Source of the DNA: Candidatus Omnitrophota bacterium
GTDB taxonomy: Bacteria > Omnitrophota > Gorgyraeia > Gygaellales > Profunditerraquicolaceae
Direction of reading: 5' to 3'
Assembly (NCBI GenBank): GCA_041650835.1
Contig: JBAZKL010000001.1
Coordinates: 299,931-363,930, forward strand
Length of the DNA stretch: 64,000 nucleotides
The notes under the pieces are model-generated. The model made no database searches. It saw only the letters and a program-made list of their open reading frames with translations, and was not told the DNA's origin. The stretch's first letter is position 1, and each line of letters opens with the position of its first letter. This document shows, piece by piece, positions 26,113 through 38,200 of the stretch. The translations under genes were made by a program, and so were the position numbers.

Positions 26113-28245
26113 TTATTTTTTATCTTTACCCACTAATATAACTACTGAGCGAGGGCCTACTAAAAACTCCGTTTGGTTCTGGAGACTGATCTCCTTACCC
26201 ACCTCCCAGATATCATACGGGCTTGCCGCATCGGTATTGGCAAACACATACCAACTCATCCAATCATGCAGTTTAGGAAGCTCGAAACCGTGCATCTGCC
26301 AATGCATATTCATCGCCACATAGATAGAATTATCTTTTACCGTGCCTGCCTTGGCATGCCTGCCGCAGAGCATGAACGCAAGCGTCCTACTTTCCTGAGA
26401 CCAATCGGCATCCCAGGCTTTTTGCCCATGCCAGGTAATATCGGCATAGCCGCTTCCGACATAATCCCTGTTCTGAAAATGGTTCCGGCTCCTTAAGACA
26501 GGATGGGCCCGGCGAAAAGCGATCATTTTGCTGAAGAAATTAAAAAGCTCACGGTTATTATCCAGGAGCTTCCAGTCGAGCCAGGAAATCTCATTGTCCT
26601 GGCAATAGGAATTATTATTGCCCCACTGGGTATTCGCCATTTCATCCCCGGCAAGGATCATCGGAGTGCCCTGGCTGACCAAAAGCATGGCTACCGCGTT
26701 CTTCATTTGCTTTATGCGCAAACGGTTGATCTGGGGGTCAGTGGTTTCCCCCTCCCATCCGCAGTTCCAGCTGTAATTATCGTTTGAACCGTCGCTGTTA
26801 TTCTCACCGTTGGCCTCATTATGTTTTCCGTCGTATGAGACCATATCTTTCAGGGTGAATCCGTCATGAGCAGTGATGAAATTGATGGACGCACAGGCAC
26901 CCCTGCCCTCCCACTGGTACAGATCGGGAGAACCCTGCAGCCTTTGCGCCATGGCGCCTGCCATCTGCGGCTCGCCTTTAAGGAATTTCCTTAAGTCATC
27001 CCGGTATTTCCCGTTCCACTCAGCCCAGCGTCCCCACGCGGGAAAAGAACCGACCTGATACAGCCCGCCGGCGTCCCATGCCTCGGCGATCAGTTTACAT
27101 TTACCCAGGACCGGGTCAAAGGCAAGTGTCTCTAAAAGCGGGGGGCTATGCATCGGAGCGCCGTTCTGGTCGCGCCCCAGTATCGATGCAAGATCAAAAC
27201 GAAAACCGTCGATATGGTAATCTGCCGCCCAATAGCGCAGGCAATCAAGTATCATATTGCGCACAATAGGATTATTGCAATTTAACGTATTACCGCAGCC
27301 GCTGAAATTAAAATAATACCCGTCAGGGGTCAAAAGATAATAGATCTTATTATCGATACCGCGGTATGAAATATACGGGCCTTTCTCATTACCTTCGGCA
27401 GTATGGTTAAAAACCACATCCAGGATGACTTCAATGCCGTTCTTATGCAGCTCCCTGATCAATGTTTTACATTCATCAACCTGCATCCCGAACTTGCCTG
27501 TCGCGGCAAACCCTGCTTTGGGAGCGAAAAACCCGACATTGCTGTATCCCCAGTAATTCATCAGCATCTTGCCTGTCGTCGGAGACCTCCGCGAATTCTC
27601 GAATTCGTCAAATTCGTGGATCGGCATAAGCTCCACGCAATTAACCCCGAGCTCTTTAAGGTAAGCGATCTTCTCGCGGATGCCGGAAAAGGTACCGGGA
27701 TGTTTTACGCCTGAAGAAGGATGCCGGCTGAAGCCGCGCACGTGCATCTCATAAATGATCAGGTCCTCAACGGGAGTTTCCAGGGGATGGTCGTTCTCCC
27801 AGTCAAAATCATCAAAACAGATACGCGCGCGATGCTGGTACATATCATTCCAATCAGGCGTCTGGCCCCAGACATCCCTACCCCCGATCGACTTGGCATA
27901 GGGGTCCATCAAAACTTTAGTTTTATCAAAACGGTTGCCTTCGCGCGGCTCGAACGGCCCATCCATATAAAAACCATATTCAAGATTATCGTAATCAAGA
28001 TCAAAAACAACCATGGTAAAAACATTACCGATCTTAAATTCATCCTTAAAAGGGATCACGCAAAAAGGCTTGGATTCATGCTTGCTAAAAAGCACCAATT
28101 TACAGGAAACGGCGGACCGGGAATAAACCGAGAAATTCACCCCTCCGGGAACTATTGTCGCGCCAAAAGGAAGAGGTTTACCGACGCGCAAACGGAATTT
28201 TCCGCAATCACAGACATGAGTAGGATGCAGGTCAACTCTGAACAT
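26113..28245 (-). CDS. glgX: Glycogen debranching enzyme GlgX (GH13 isoamylase-type)
   Basis: N-terminal CBM48-like region. GH13 catalytic regions VILDVVFNHT, GFRFDLASIL, EAWD, FITAHDGFTL. 710 aa. Confidence 0.8.
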   Translation of the reverse strand: MFRVDLHPTHVCDCGKFRLRVGKPLPFGATIVPGGVNFSVYSRSAVSCKLVLFSKHESKPFCVIPFKDEFKIGNVFTMVVFDLDYDNLEYGFYMDGPFEPREGNRFDKTKVLMDPYAKSIGGRDVWGQTPDWNDMYQHRARICFDDFDWENDHPLETPVEDLIIYEMHVRGFSRHPSSGVKHPGTFSGIREKIAYLKELGVNCVELMPIHEFDEFENSRRSPTTGKMLMNYWGYSNVGFFAPKAGFAATGKFGMQVDECKTLIRELHKNGIEVILDVVFNHTAEGNEKGPYISYRGIDNKIYYLLTPDGYYFNFSGCGNTLNCNNPIVRNMILDCLRYWAADYHIDGFRFDLASILGRDQNGAPMHSPPLLETLAFDPVLGKCKLIAEAWDAGGLYQVGSFPAWGRWAEWNGKYRDDLRKFLKGEPQMAGAMAQRLQGSPDLYQWEGRGACASINFITAHDGFTLKDMVSYDGKHNEANGENNSDGSNDNYSWNCGWEGETTDPQINRLRIKQMKNAVAMLLVSQGTPMILAGDEMANTQWGNNNSYCQDNEISWLDWKLLDNNRELFNFFSKMIAFRRAHPVLRSRNHFQNRDYVGSGYADITWHGQKAWDADWSQESRTLAFMLCGRHAKAGTVKDNSIYVAMNMHWQMHGFELPKLHDWMSWYVFANTDAASPYDIWEVGKEISLQNQTEFLVGPRSVVILVGKDKK

Positions 28246-28586
28246 CAGGCCTCCTTTCCCAGGGCCTTTAAAGCCGCGGGAATACTGTCAAAAGTCCTAA
28301 AGAAATTACTAAACCCCGTCATCTCCATGACATCCTTGATCTCATCGCACAGGCCGCTTAAAAGCAGGACTCCTCCCTGCGTAGAAAGCTGTTTTGCAGC
28401 CATTAAGAGAAGCCGCAATCCCGCGCTGGAAATATAACCGCAGTCTTTAAGATCGATCAACATCGACATTTTCGAAGTAAGGATCGGAAGTATCTTTTCC
28501 TGCGCGTCATTAACCGTATTGCCGTCAAGGCTGCCGGATATTTTAATGATCGTTGCTCCCTCCTGAGTAGTAGTCTTTATTTCCAT
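28245..28586 (-). CDS. STAS-domain anti-sigma-factor antagonist (second copy)
   Basis: Start placed at MEIKTT. IKISGSLDGNTVNDAQE...DLKDCGYISSAGLRLLL has the same phospho-Ser motif. Stop overlaps glgX start. Confidence 0.75.
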   Translation of the reverse strand: MEIKTTTQEGATIIKISGSLDGNTVNDAQEKILPILTSKMSMLIDLKDCGYISSAGLRLLLMAAKQLSTQGGVLLLSGLCDEIKDVMEMTGFSNFFRTFDSIPAALKALGKEA

Positions 28587-28605
28587 AGTATCACCCTCCT
28601 CATAG

Positions 28606-30426
28606 CTATTGCACAGGAACAAGCCTTACCTTGATTTTCGGCCGGTAATTCAAGTTCGGTAATGAGACAGTTAATTTCTCAGCGTCAAAGTTTTTCCAGG
28701 GGTTATTATCCACCCAGACTTCTTGTATACGCACGCTTCCCGGAGGAAGGATATCCGGCTGGACCCTCAGGACATCGCCCGGGAACCCATGAGGCAAAGG
28801 CTTAAAATAAAGTTCAAGCGGCTGTTTGGTATACAAAAGGTTTTCATATACCTGCGACAAATAGGCTAACTCCACTGAATGATACGCGCTCATAGAATGG
28901 CTGCCCTTTAAACGCTCAGTCCCCAGCAAGAAAGGCAATCCGTTATTCAGGACATTAAAATATACCGCCCCGTCATCATGATCCAGGTAAAAAGCATTGT
29001 AAAAAGCCGCGGACTCGCGCGCAAGCCGCAGGTATTCCTTATCCTTAAGGATCCCGTAAAGGATCGCGTACGCCAGGATCGCCTGCTCCTGCTGCCACCA
29101 TGCCTTACGGTCATGCCAGACAAAACGATGGCATTCTTCACCCGGCTGTAATGCCCTCTCCATAACGTCATACCAGCCGCTGCGTTGAAGGTCCATTCCG
29201 AATTTCGGCATGATCTCGGCGATCTTTTTGGCGAACTTCACGTATTTTTCGTCCGGCGCGAGGCTGTTAATACGCATTAAATTCCAGGCGATCTTAAGAT
29301 TATGGCCTATTACCGCCCTGTTCTGCTGCCATCCCCAGGTCTGATCATGGCTCCAGTCCTCGGAAAAGCGCTCATTAACAAAAGGGCTGTTTTCATAGTC
29401 AGGGAAATATTTAGTGATACAGTCGGCAGTATAAACCAGGAAATCCTTATATTTATCTTCTCCGGTAGCCAGCCATAAATTGATCAGGTAAGCCGGGGCA
29501 TGGTCGCCTACTGAATTCCAGTTCTTGCAGGCGCGGTTCCTTCCCAAAGACTCGCTTCGGGGATTAAGGCTGATCGGATCGATATGGGAGAAGTAACCTT
29601 GCTTTTCTTTATCGAGAAAAAAACGGTCGAACAGGTCAATGGTCATCTTGATGTCCTTCATTATCGCGGGATCCCCCGTAATGCGGTATGTCTGCGTAGG
29701 GCCTGCCAGGGCATAGATCTGCTCATACATGGGGATCGCGTCATAATCGTCACCGAACTCTGAAGCGAAGATCTTATGCTCGCGCTCATGCTTAACGTCA
29801 ATGCCATGATACCAATAGACGATATTTTCTTCCGTATCGTAAAAACGCATATGATCGCGCAAATACTGGGTCCCTTTTTCAGCTGCCTCTAAGAAACGGT
29901 CCTCACCGGTGAGTAAAAACGCGGAAGCCATGCCGTAAACCATACGGGAGATAGTATCGGTCTCCTGACGGTGGTCTTTCTTGCGTTCCCCGGTCAAAGA
30001 CAGCATAGTCCGGTACTTACTGTAATCTATAGCCTCAGGCCCGCCAAACTGGGCCTTGATATAGAAATCAGCGATACTTCTTGCCTGGTTAACCCACCAG
30101 TTGGGCTCTTCAAAACGGTATTTCTCCGCGCTATCTCCCGAAAAAATAAGCACTTTCGCTTCAAAGGTATGGCCGTTCTTTTCCGGATAAAATATACCGA
30201 GGGTAAAAAGATACTGTCCCTGTACCAGCAATGATTCGATCTTACCGGTATAATCGCAATACCCCTCTTCCAGGTTACGGGGCCCGCGCGCATAGGTAGT
30301 GGCAGTAAGTTTGACCGAAAACTCCCGCCCATCAGAAGTTTTCATGCCGAATATTCTTTTTTCACGGTCATAACTTGTTACATAGCCTGCGATTGTATCG
30401 GAAAACTCAAAATTCATCCTTTGCAC
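28606..30426 (-). CDS. AGE-superfamily (N-acylglucosamine 2-epimerase/cellobiose 2-epimerase-like, six-hairpin) protein with about 150-aa N-terminal extension
   Basis: GTG start 30426 preceded by AGGAGG-N7. Central/C-terminal region has the alpha/alpha-barrel repeat pattern (W..Q....W.L, HDxxAxYxN) of AGE family. Assignment by eye only. Confidence 0.45.
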   Translation of the reverse strand: MQRMNFEFSDTIAGYVTSYDREKRIFGMKTSDGREFSVKLTATTYARGPRNLEEGYCDYTGKIESLLVQGQYLFTLGIFYPEKNGHTFEAKVLIFSGDSAEKYRFEEPNWWVNQARSIADFYIKAQFGGPEAIDYSKYRTMLSLTGERKKDHRQETDTISRMVYGMASAFLLTGEDRFLEAAEKGTQYLRDHMRFYDTEENIVYWYHGIDVKHEREHKIFASEFGDDYDAIPMYEQIYALAGPTQTYRITGDPAIMKDIKMTIDLFDRFFLDKEKQGYFSHIDPISLNPRSESLGRNRACKNWNSVGDHAPAYLINLWLATGEDKYKDFLVYTADCITKYFPDYENSPFVNERFSEDWSHDQTWGWQQNRAVIGHNLKIAWNLMRINSLAPDEKYVKFAKKIAEIMPKFGMDLQRSGWYDVMERALQPGEECHRFVWHDRKAWWQQEQAILAYAILYGILKDKEYLRLARESAAFYNAFYLDHDDGAVYFNVLNNGLPFLLGTERLKGSHSMSAYHSVELAYLSQVYENLLYTKQPLELYFKPLPHGFPGDVLRVQPDILPPGSVRIQEVWVDNNPWKNFDAEKLTVSLPNLNYRPKIKVRLVPVQ

Positions 30427-30476
30427 GGTGAGGCCTCCTTTTTAATAAACAGATTTTAAGGGAAATTCGGTTTTGC

Positions 30477-30515
30477 AAAAAAAAAAGCTGAGAAATGAAT
30501 GAGCTATCTCAGCTT
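30477..30515 (-). terminator. Rho-independent terminator after PEP-CTERM gene (stem gctgaga/tctcagc followed by T10 on minus strand)
   Basis: Plus strand reads A10-GCTGAGA-aatgaatgagcta-TCTCAGC. On the transcribed minus strand this is hairpin + UUUUUUUUUU. Confidence 0.7.
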
Positions 30516-30724
30516 AGAATAAGGGCTTTATTGGGATAAAGGTTTTGATTATGGCGAGCATAATATTCCTATCCAATAGAACTTCCTTTTTTTAAAAGAC
30601 GTGTGATTTGAGTATTATAGCATTTTTTCAAGCTTTTACAACAATTTTTCTTTAGGATAAGGATCCTTGTTCCTTGACACCGGGGACGGCTTTTCCAGCC
30701 CTCCCTGATCGCGGGGGAGAATGC

Positions 30725-31510
30725 TTAAATGGATTTTTTCTTGCCCTTTTTAACAAACGCCATTGTTACAGCGCCCACCCCGAAAAGCAGCATTGAAACG
30801 GGTTCAGGAACTACTCCTCTGGGGTCTAAAGCATTCGCGGCATACACGTGCAGGTTAAAATCATCGAAAACAACGGAAACGTTTTGATCGGCATTTACTC
30901 CCGGCCAGAGGGAGATTTTTATATCCGTATCGTCAATGCCGGCAGCATTATATTGGCCTATCAGCAGCCATTTATTGTCGCCGCTTATTGTCGGATCGTA
31001 ATAAGCCCCCTGGAGTACTGAACCGGTCCTGATGATCCTTAAGCGCCCCTTCGTATCATCGGTACTTATTTGATGCGTGGTATCGCCAAGAAAATCAGTC
31101 AAATAGAATTCCCCGCCGTTATTGAGACGATTAACATCACCCAGTTCAGTTCGAAGGCCCGCGGTTACATCGTTATTAGGCACAGGCCAGTTATAAAGGT
31201 TATACGTTATAGAAGCTGAAAAGTCCCCCTGAATGGGAAAATTGAATTGAAGAACGCCTTCTCCGGGAAGATAACCTTCAGAGCCGGAGGCATATCTCAT
31301 CAAAATAAGTTTATTAGCAGAATTAGATATATCGGTTATATAGGAAGCGGTAACACTACCGGAAGAAGACAGGGTCCACCAAGATGGGTTAAGCTGAGTG
31401 TTAAAGTCTTCAAAATACTCGTATTCAGCTTTGGCTTGAGGCTGGGCGCACGCTAAAAAAACCACTGCTAATAAGGCAATGGGTAAAAAACATTTTCTAT
31501 TCACCGGCAC
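30725..31510 (-). CDS. PEP-CTERM sorting-domain secreted protein
   Basis: N-terminal signal peptide. C-terminal VPEPVSMLLFGVGAVTMAFVKKGKKKSI (PEP motif + TM + basic tail). Confidence 0.85.
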   Translation of the reverse strand: MPVNRKCFLPIALLAVVFLACAQPQAKAEYEYFEDFNTQLNPSWWTLSSSGSVTASYITDISNSANKLILMRYASGSEGYLPGEGVLQFNFPIQGDFSASITYNLYNWPVPNNDVTAGLRTELGDVNRLNNGGEFYLTDFLGDTTHQISTDDTKGRLRIIRTGSVLQGAYYDPTISGDNKWLLIGQYNAAGIDDTDIKISLWPGVNADQNVSVVFDDFNLHVYAANALDPRGVVPEPVSMLLFGVGAVTMAFVKKGKKKSI

Positions 31511-31546
31511 CTCTTTTATCAGTCTGATTGAGTTAAACTGGAATAG

Positions 31547-32215
31547 TTATGAACGCTGTTTTTTTCTCTTGGCAAAAACCATCACTGCCCCGCCTACACC
31601 GAAAAGAAGCATTGAGACAGGTTCGGGAACAACGTTGATACCCAGGAAAGGCTTATGATCGCTGCTTACTGAAGAATCGAATATATGAAAAGGATCACTC
31701 CCCGCTAAAACAAGCGAAAGATTCCCGCCTTCTGTTTGTTTGGCAAAAGAAGAAACATTCCAAGAAACCCAGCCTCCTTCAGGCATATCAATGTATGTGG
31801 TATTTCCTTTGGTATTATTGGAAAAATCAGGCGCATTATTCCATGTTATGGTCGACTCATTCCAATCTTCTGTTTCACGATAAACAGCAATATCTCCTTC
31901 ATCCGGATCATTATAACCCCAACTATCTTTAACTCTGTAGAGCCATAAATATGCGCTATCAATATTACTGATATCGGTTAAGTCGAATTTTAGATATGTA
32001 CGGGTAAATTCAGTGCCATCGATACTTGGGGGGACGGCATCATAGTTAACCGTGGCTCCTGCCCACAGCTTATCAGGATGCGTAGTTCCTTCTGTTTCCA
32101 TGTAATAAAAGCTGTCCGTGAACGCATCCTCTAATGACACCCGTTGATAGTCATAGCTATACGCTTGCGCTACAGACGCAAATAGAAGGGCAAAAGAAAG
32201 AATTATCTTTTTCAT
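31547..32215 (-). CDS. PEP-CTERM sorting-domain secreted protein (paralog)
   Basis: Signal peptide. C-terminal VVPEPVSMLLFGVGGAVMVFAKRKKQRS. Confidence 0.85.
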   Translation of the reverse strand: MKKIILSFALLFASVAQAYSYDYQRVSLEDAFTDSFYYMETEGTTHPDKLWAGATVNYDAVPPSIDGTEFTRTYLKFDLTDISNIDSAYLWLYRVKDSWGYNDPDEGDIAVYRETEDWNESTITWNNAPDFSNNTKGNTTYIDMPEGGWVSWNVSSFAKQTEGGNLSLVLAGSDPFHIFDSSVSSDHKPFLGINVVPEPVSMLLFGVGGAVMVFAKRKKQRS

Positions 32216-32227
32216 CTGTCTCTCCTC

Positions 32228-35200
32228 TTATTTACTTTTGAGTTTCTCGTCAAAGTCCTGAAAGAACTGCAGCAGGCTGTCATGGCCGACGAGCTTGAGC
32301 TGGCCGCCGGTAAGCTCGTAGGCATCCGCGCCGACCGAGAATTGGTCAAAAGCTCCCATATCCGACTCGGTAAGCGGATGATAGAAGAAAACTGAACCTA
32401 TGGGCGAGTTGAATTGGAACATCGCCAGGTCAGAAGCGTCTAAGCTCACAGGTTCATACGAGATAATACTGCCGACAGGAGCTTGCGAGACCGATTCAGG
32501 TTCCGGGACAGGCTCTGGTTCTGGTTCCGGCTCAGGTTCAGGCTGCTCTGAGGGAATATTATTAAAATAAACTATGCCGGGAGCGCTCAACACGTTAATA
32601 ACATCAGGAGTAGTCTCTCCCCGGATGATTCCGGTAAACGCCGCGCTGACTCCGTCAATTAGACCGTATGATACCAAATTTAAATTGCCAACACCTGTGA
32701 TCAACACATCCAACGGGATATCCAATGATCCGATCATGGATGTGGAATAAACTATCTGATAATCCGGATATTCGCCTATACGTGAATATGTGCCGTCATA
32801 GATATATACATCCCCTGAAGAAGTAATATGCGGGCCTTCAATAGCGCCTGCTATGATCGCGCCCCCTGCAGAGATATAAAGCCCTGAACTTAGCCCGCTG
32901 ATAGCCGCGTTCAGGAATATATCCCGGGCAGCATCGAGAACTTCCACATTGCCGTATACCTGTCCGCTTTGCGGATATTGCACAAAAATGCTTCCGGCAG
33001 TAGAGCGCACGCGTATCGCGTTCAAGCCGTCATCATCGCTTAAGAGGCTCGCGCTGAAATCAGGTTCCTCGGAATTTCCGCAAAGCAGGTTTTCACCTGC
33101 AAAAGTGAAGTTGCTTGCTGACTGGAATGAGAAATATTCAGAAGTCAAGTTAACGGCCTGTGCGCTGTAAAGATTCCCCGCGCCATTATCGTTATTATCC
33201 GCATGTAATTGTATCGTGCCTGCCTCGAGATCGCAGTTCAGATACAGATCCCCCGCAGAATGCAGGTAAATATAATCATCTCTGGGCTGCAGTTCGTTAA
33301 CGGTAAGCGTCTCTTCCAATGTTGAATAGATCGCGATAGATGACGGAGAAGATTCTCCATACGGCGCATAGAGTTCCAGCGTAGTCCCATCATCGTTAAG
33401 CGACAGATAGAACGAACCGTCAGCGCCTTCAGTCACGACAAAATCATTTGCCCCCTGAAAAGAATGGCTAAAAGCTACCAGCTCAAGATATTCGGCTTCA
33501 AAGATCAGCTCGCCTATAACATCATCGTCGTCATAATCAGCATACAAGCCGATCGTATTGCCCATAAGGTTATTATTCAGCGTCAGGTCTGCGCCCGCGC
33601 GCAGGATCATGTCGCCGAAGATCTCGGAAGTGCCTTCCGCGTTTTGGGCGATCGCCTCAGAACGCACCGGGAATTCAAGCCCTTCGACATCGATCTCGAT
33701 ATCGCCGATGGCATAAACGCTCAAAGCGCCGGCTTGCGCTGTTGCGGTTAAGGAAGGAGCAACCGCGCCAAGTCCTATCGCCTGCGCCATAGAATACACC
33801 TGCGACTCACTCAGTACGCTAAAATTAGCGCCGGTCGTGATCTCCAAAGGCCCGCTTGAAGCAACAGCTGTATCGACCCCGTAAGCATACGCTGTGGAAT
33901 TCAATCCGGATACTAAATCCAGGATAAAATTACCAAATGCAGAGACTATAATTTCACCAGAGGTGGCAATAGCTGAATTGCTGGCAGGCACATCGCCCCC
34001 AACCGTCGAGGTTCCGGCGCTGGCTTGCGTATAAACATGGCCGCTGTTAAAAATGATCGAAGCATTCGTGAACAACCCCATATCCCCTGAAACAGACGTA
34101 GCGATAGCGCCGCCCTGCGCGGTAGCTGAAGAATATACCGAAGACTCATCCGTTAATTGAATGCCGCTGCCTTCACCACGGTCGCCGCCCGCATCCAAAA
34201 CCACCACACCGCTTTGCGCATCCACATTACCGTCACCCCAGGAAAGCGCGTTAGCAGAGGAATAAACACTGCTCTGATCATCCCCCGAATTGGCCACTAA
34301 GATCCCCCACGCCAGGATCCCCGCGTCGCCTGAACGCGCCGCCGCATCTCCGGAAGACTCCGCTGTTGCCGAAGAATAGACGTGGCCGTCGATAAAAAGG
34401 CTTGCGTATTCGGCGAAAAGCGTCACATCGCCGGAATCAGCGTCAGCTGAAAGGTACCCATCGGCCTGGGCGCTGGAATAAAATGATGCTCCATCAAAAC
34501 TGATCCAACCGTCAAAAGAAGTAACATCGACATCGCCGGATTGAGCATCCCCCAGGCCATACGCATCAGCCACTGCAGACGTATACGCTGATGTTTGGTT
34601 AGAAAAAACGATTTCGTTCTCTGCCGTAATGATAATATTGCCTGATCCAGCAGTGCAATTACTGGCGTTTGAGGCATCGGCACGGCTGTTGGGAGAAACG
34701 TTGTTAAAACTAATAGCGTCTCCTGCGATCAGGCTTACGCTGCCGGAATATGCGCTTGCGCTATTGCCTTCTCCTGTATCCGCTTCAGCCAGGGAAGAAA
34801 TAAACCCTTCACTAAGGGTAATAGATCCTAATAAACTTTCAAGATTCACGTCATCTGACTGCGCCCACGCCGTGTCAGAGGACTCCGCGGTAGCCCAGGA
34901 AGTAAAAGAAACCGTTGCGTCATATTGCGGATCACCTGCTGCTTCAATACCATTATAGCCTAAGACACTGACATATCCCGCGTACGCGAGCGCTTCCTGC
35001 GCATCTCCTTCAAAGGCATATGCCTGGGCACGGCTGTTCAAGTCAGGGAAGCCGATCAAACGGAACAATCCAAGACAAGTAACATCAATGTTTCCCGTCC
35101 TGGCATAAGCATATTCATACGCGCTTGCCGTAGCATTAGACTGAACAGGAGTATCGATCAGATCCATATTCCCGCTGCTATATAAGGTAACATCACCGGC

Positions 35201-38200
35201 AGTCAATGACATGGAATTGGAGGTGGCTTCAGGGGCACCTGCCTGGGAATAAATATAACCTCCGTTACCGGTAAAAGCGCCATACGCAGTAACTGAAACA
35301 TCGCCTGACTCAGCTTCAACATTGTCAGAGCTATCTGCCTCGGCAGAAGAATATACACTTTCATTAAGAACAAAATTACCGTTGATCGTCAGATCAACTA
35401 AGCCGGAATAAGCATCGGCATCTGTTTCACTGGATGCCTCGGCTAAGGAATAAATATCATTGTTAACGGTCAAAGAGCCGCTTTCGATAGTAACAGGCCC
35501 GGAAACAGCATTAGCATAACTTTCACCATAGGCTGCTGCCTGAGAATAAATATTATTGTTAAAATCAAAAATGCCGGATGAATAGATATTGATCCCGCCG
35601 GAAGCAGCATAGGCATTCAAAGCGGTAGCTTCAACTTGGCTATAAACATACCCATCGATCAAATATATATTATTCCCGGCTAAATTAACATTGCCGGCAG
35701 TCAATCGAGCGGTAACAGCGTTAGAGCTTGAGGAAGACGCGCCGGTATAAGCGTATCCGCCGTCCAGAGTAAGATCTGTTCCGGCATACATTGTTACATC
35801 ACCGGAAGTCGCCTGCACTAAACCCGGGGTATAGTCCCCGTAACCGCCGGCGTAAGCTTCGGCGGTAGAATAAGCGCTCAAATAGACGTTCACCGCCCCA
35901 TACCAGCTGTGCACATCGATGCTATCGGAAGTAGCGTATGCCGAGCCGCCGTTAGAATTCACAACCGCGGAAACATTAGACCAGACAAGCGATGTAACCG
36001 GGATAGTAATGGTCCCATAATAAGAGACAAGATTGACCTTGCCGGAGACCGATTCAGCGAGATCCACCGCAGAGGTCAATGCATCGCTATACACATGGCT
36101 GGCGAGCGTAATATCATACCAGGCATCCAAGGTCACGTCGCCTGCGCGGGCATAAGCCTCCTCCGCGCTCCCTTGAGCAACAGCAGATCCGTAAACCTGA
36201 GAATTATCAGCCATCACGACCCGGTTGCCCGCGTCGATCAATACCGCCTGATAACCCCATTCATAGTTATTGTAATCGTAATAGGACTGCCCGGCTATAG
36301 CCGTCATGCTTGAACCGGCCTGCTCTTCAAGACTAGTCTGCGCATCGGCATCAGAACGAACCTCGGTCTGGGTAAGCAGGATATCTCCATAGGCCGCAGC
36401 AAGAATGACTGCGGAGGAATACGCTTCTGCGCTGTAACCAGCAGTCGCTTGTGCCCAAGAATAGACATCCGCGCCGTAATTATAGTACGGATCCCTGCCG
36501 TCGATCGTCAAAGTATTGCCCGCGTTCAAACTAACCAGGCCGCTTTGCGCGTAAGCGCTCGTGCCCAAATAAGAGTTCGCGTTGGCGGAAGAATAGATCA
36601 GCTCAAGAAATCCGGTATCAGTAAGGTTATTGCCCGCTTCAAGCAGAACATCACCGCTGTAAGCGGTTGAAGTTAGGCTGCCGCTGGCAGAGGCTTGCGA
36701 ATAGACATGGCCCCAGTCCATGGTAATATTGTTTCCGGCAGTCAGGCTGACAACGCCTGAAGTTGCCGAACAATTCTCAGAACCGGAACCGTTGGCGTAA
36801 GAATAAACGCCGGCGCCGCGGCCAAAAATAATATCGCCGCCGGCGGATAAAATAACATCACCGGAAACCGCGTTAGCTACCGGGTTATAATAATCTGAAC
36901 CTACATTCGAGGATATGCTGACCTGGTCAGCTAATTCAATGTTATCATCCGCGTACAAAGAGATCGATCCGCCGGGGGCATCCGCATAAATATCGCCCAG
37001 GATATTAAGGCTGGACATTGCCTGCAAATAAATATCTCCGCCATGATTGTAAATCCCGTCTTCATAAGAATCGGCGTAACCTACCTGCAGGTCCCCCCTA
37101 TTAATGATATTGATATCGCCGCTACCGCTATTTGACGCAGTAACGGTCTGTACGCCGTTCATAGCCACATCAATACCGTTGACGGCAGAAAGTTCTACGG
37201 TTCCCGCCGAAATCTCTCCTCTACCCGCGGGCATCTGTGTCTGGGCAAAGATCTCAAGACCGGAAAGAGCCTGGTTATAGGCCCTGACATCATCCATATA
37301 TCCTTCTACCGTGAGAGGCAAGTAACCCCATGAGCCGATGCAGAAAGAACTTGAGGTATCCGCAGAACCTTCTGCGACAGTAAACTCGCTAAAATACCTG
37401 GTTTCATCGCCGTCAAAGACATAAAGTCCGCCCTCATTACCGTCACGGACCATAGATAACTGATACCAGCTTTCGTTATTGATAGCTACGGTACTGTCAA
37501 AGGTCTGCTCATTCAACCAGTAACGTAAATAACCATTATGATTTTCCAGGGCATAGCCTAAGCCCCTTCCGGGAGTAGCCCCGGCCAAACCAACATACTG
37601 CTCATTCTGTGTCCCCTGATACCATACTATTAAGGTAAAGGGAGCACTGCCGAAATTGAAGTTGCGGCCTGTATTGATATAATCGTCAACTCCGTCAAAA
37701 TACAAACAAGAAGAACCGTCAACCCCTGTTCCCCAGCCGGGGTTGCCGTTAACATAAGAATACATGCCGGTAACTTGATCATAAACATAGTTACCGTAAC
37801 CCTCGTCAAAATTCCAGTAAGCCTGCAGGCCGTAATCAAGAACTTCCATGTTCCTGCGGGCGATCGCGCCGGTTTCAGAGGTCAGATAAATTCCTGCCCA
37901 ATCCGGAGCAGTTATATTTGCTATAGTATTAATATATAGATTACCCTGGGCATTAAGTTCGATATCCCCTTCTGCCCATATCCCGTAGCGGACTCGCAGG
38001 TCGCCTTCAGCGGAAATATTGATCGACGCTTCTGCCGCGGTATTTTCCGCGGTCAAAACAACCAGATCCTTGTCATTACGAAGGTATATCCCGCCATTTT
38101 CTTCATTAAAAGCCACCAGGTTATTCACAGAGATCTCTAACTCATAATCGGGATCTCCGATCCCACCGATAGCCTCAAGGTAAAGCTCATCAGCCTCAAT

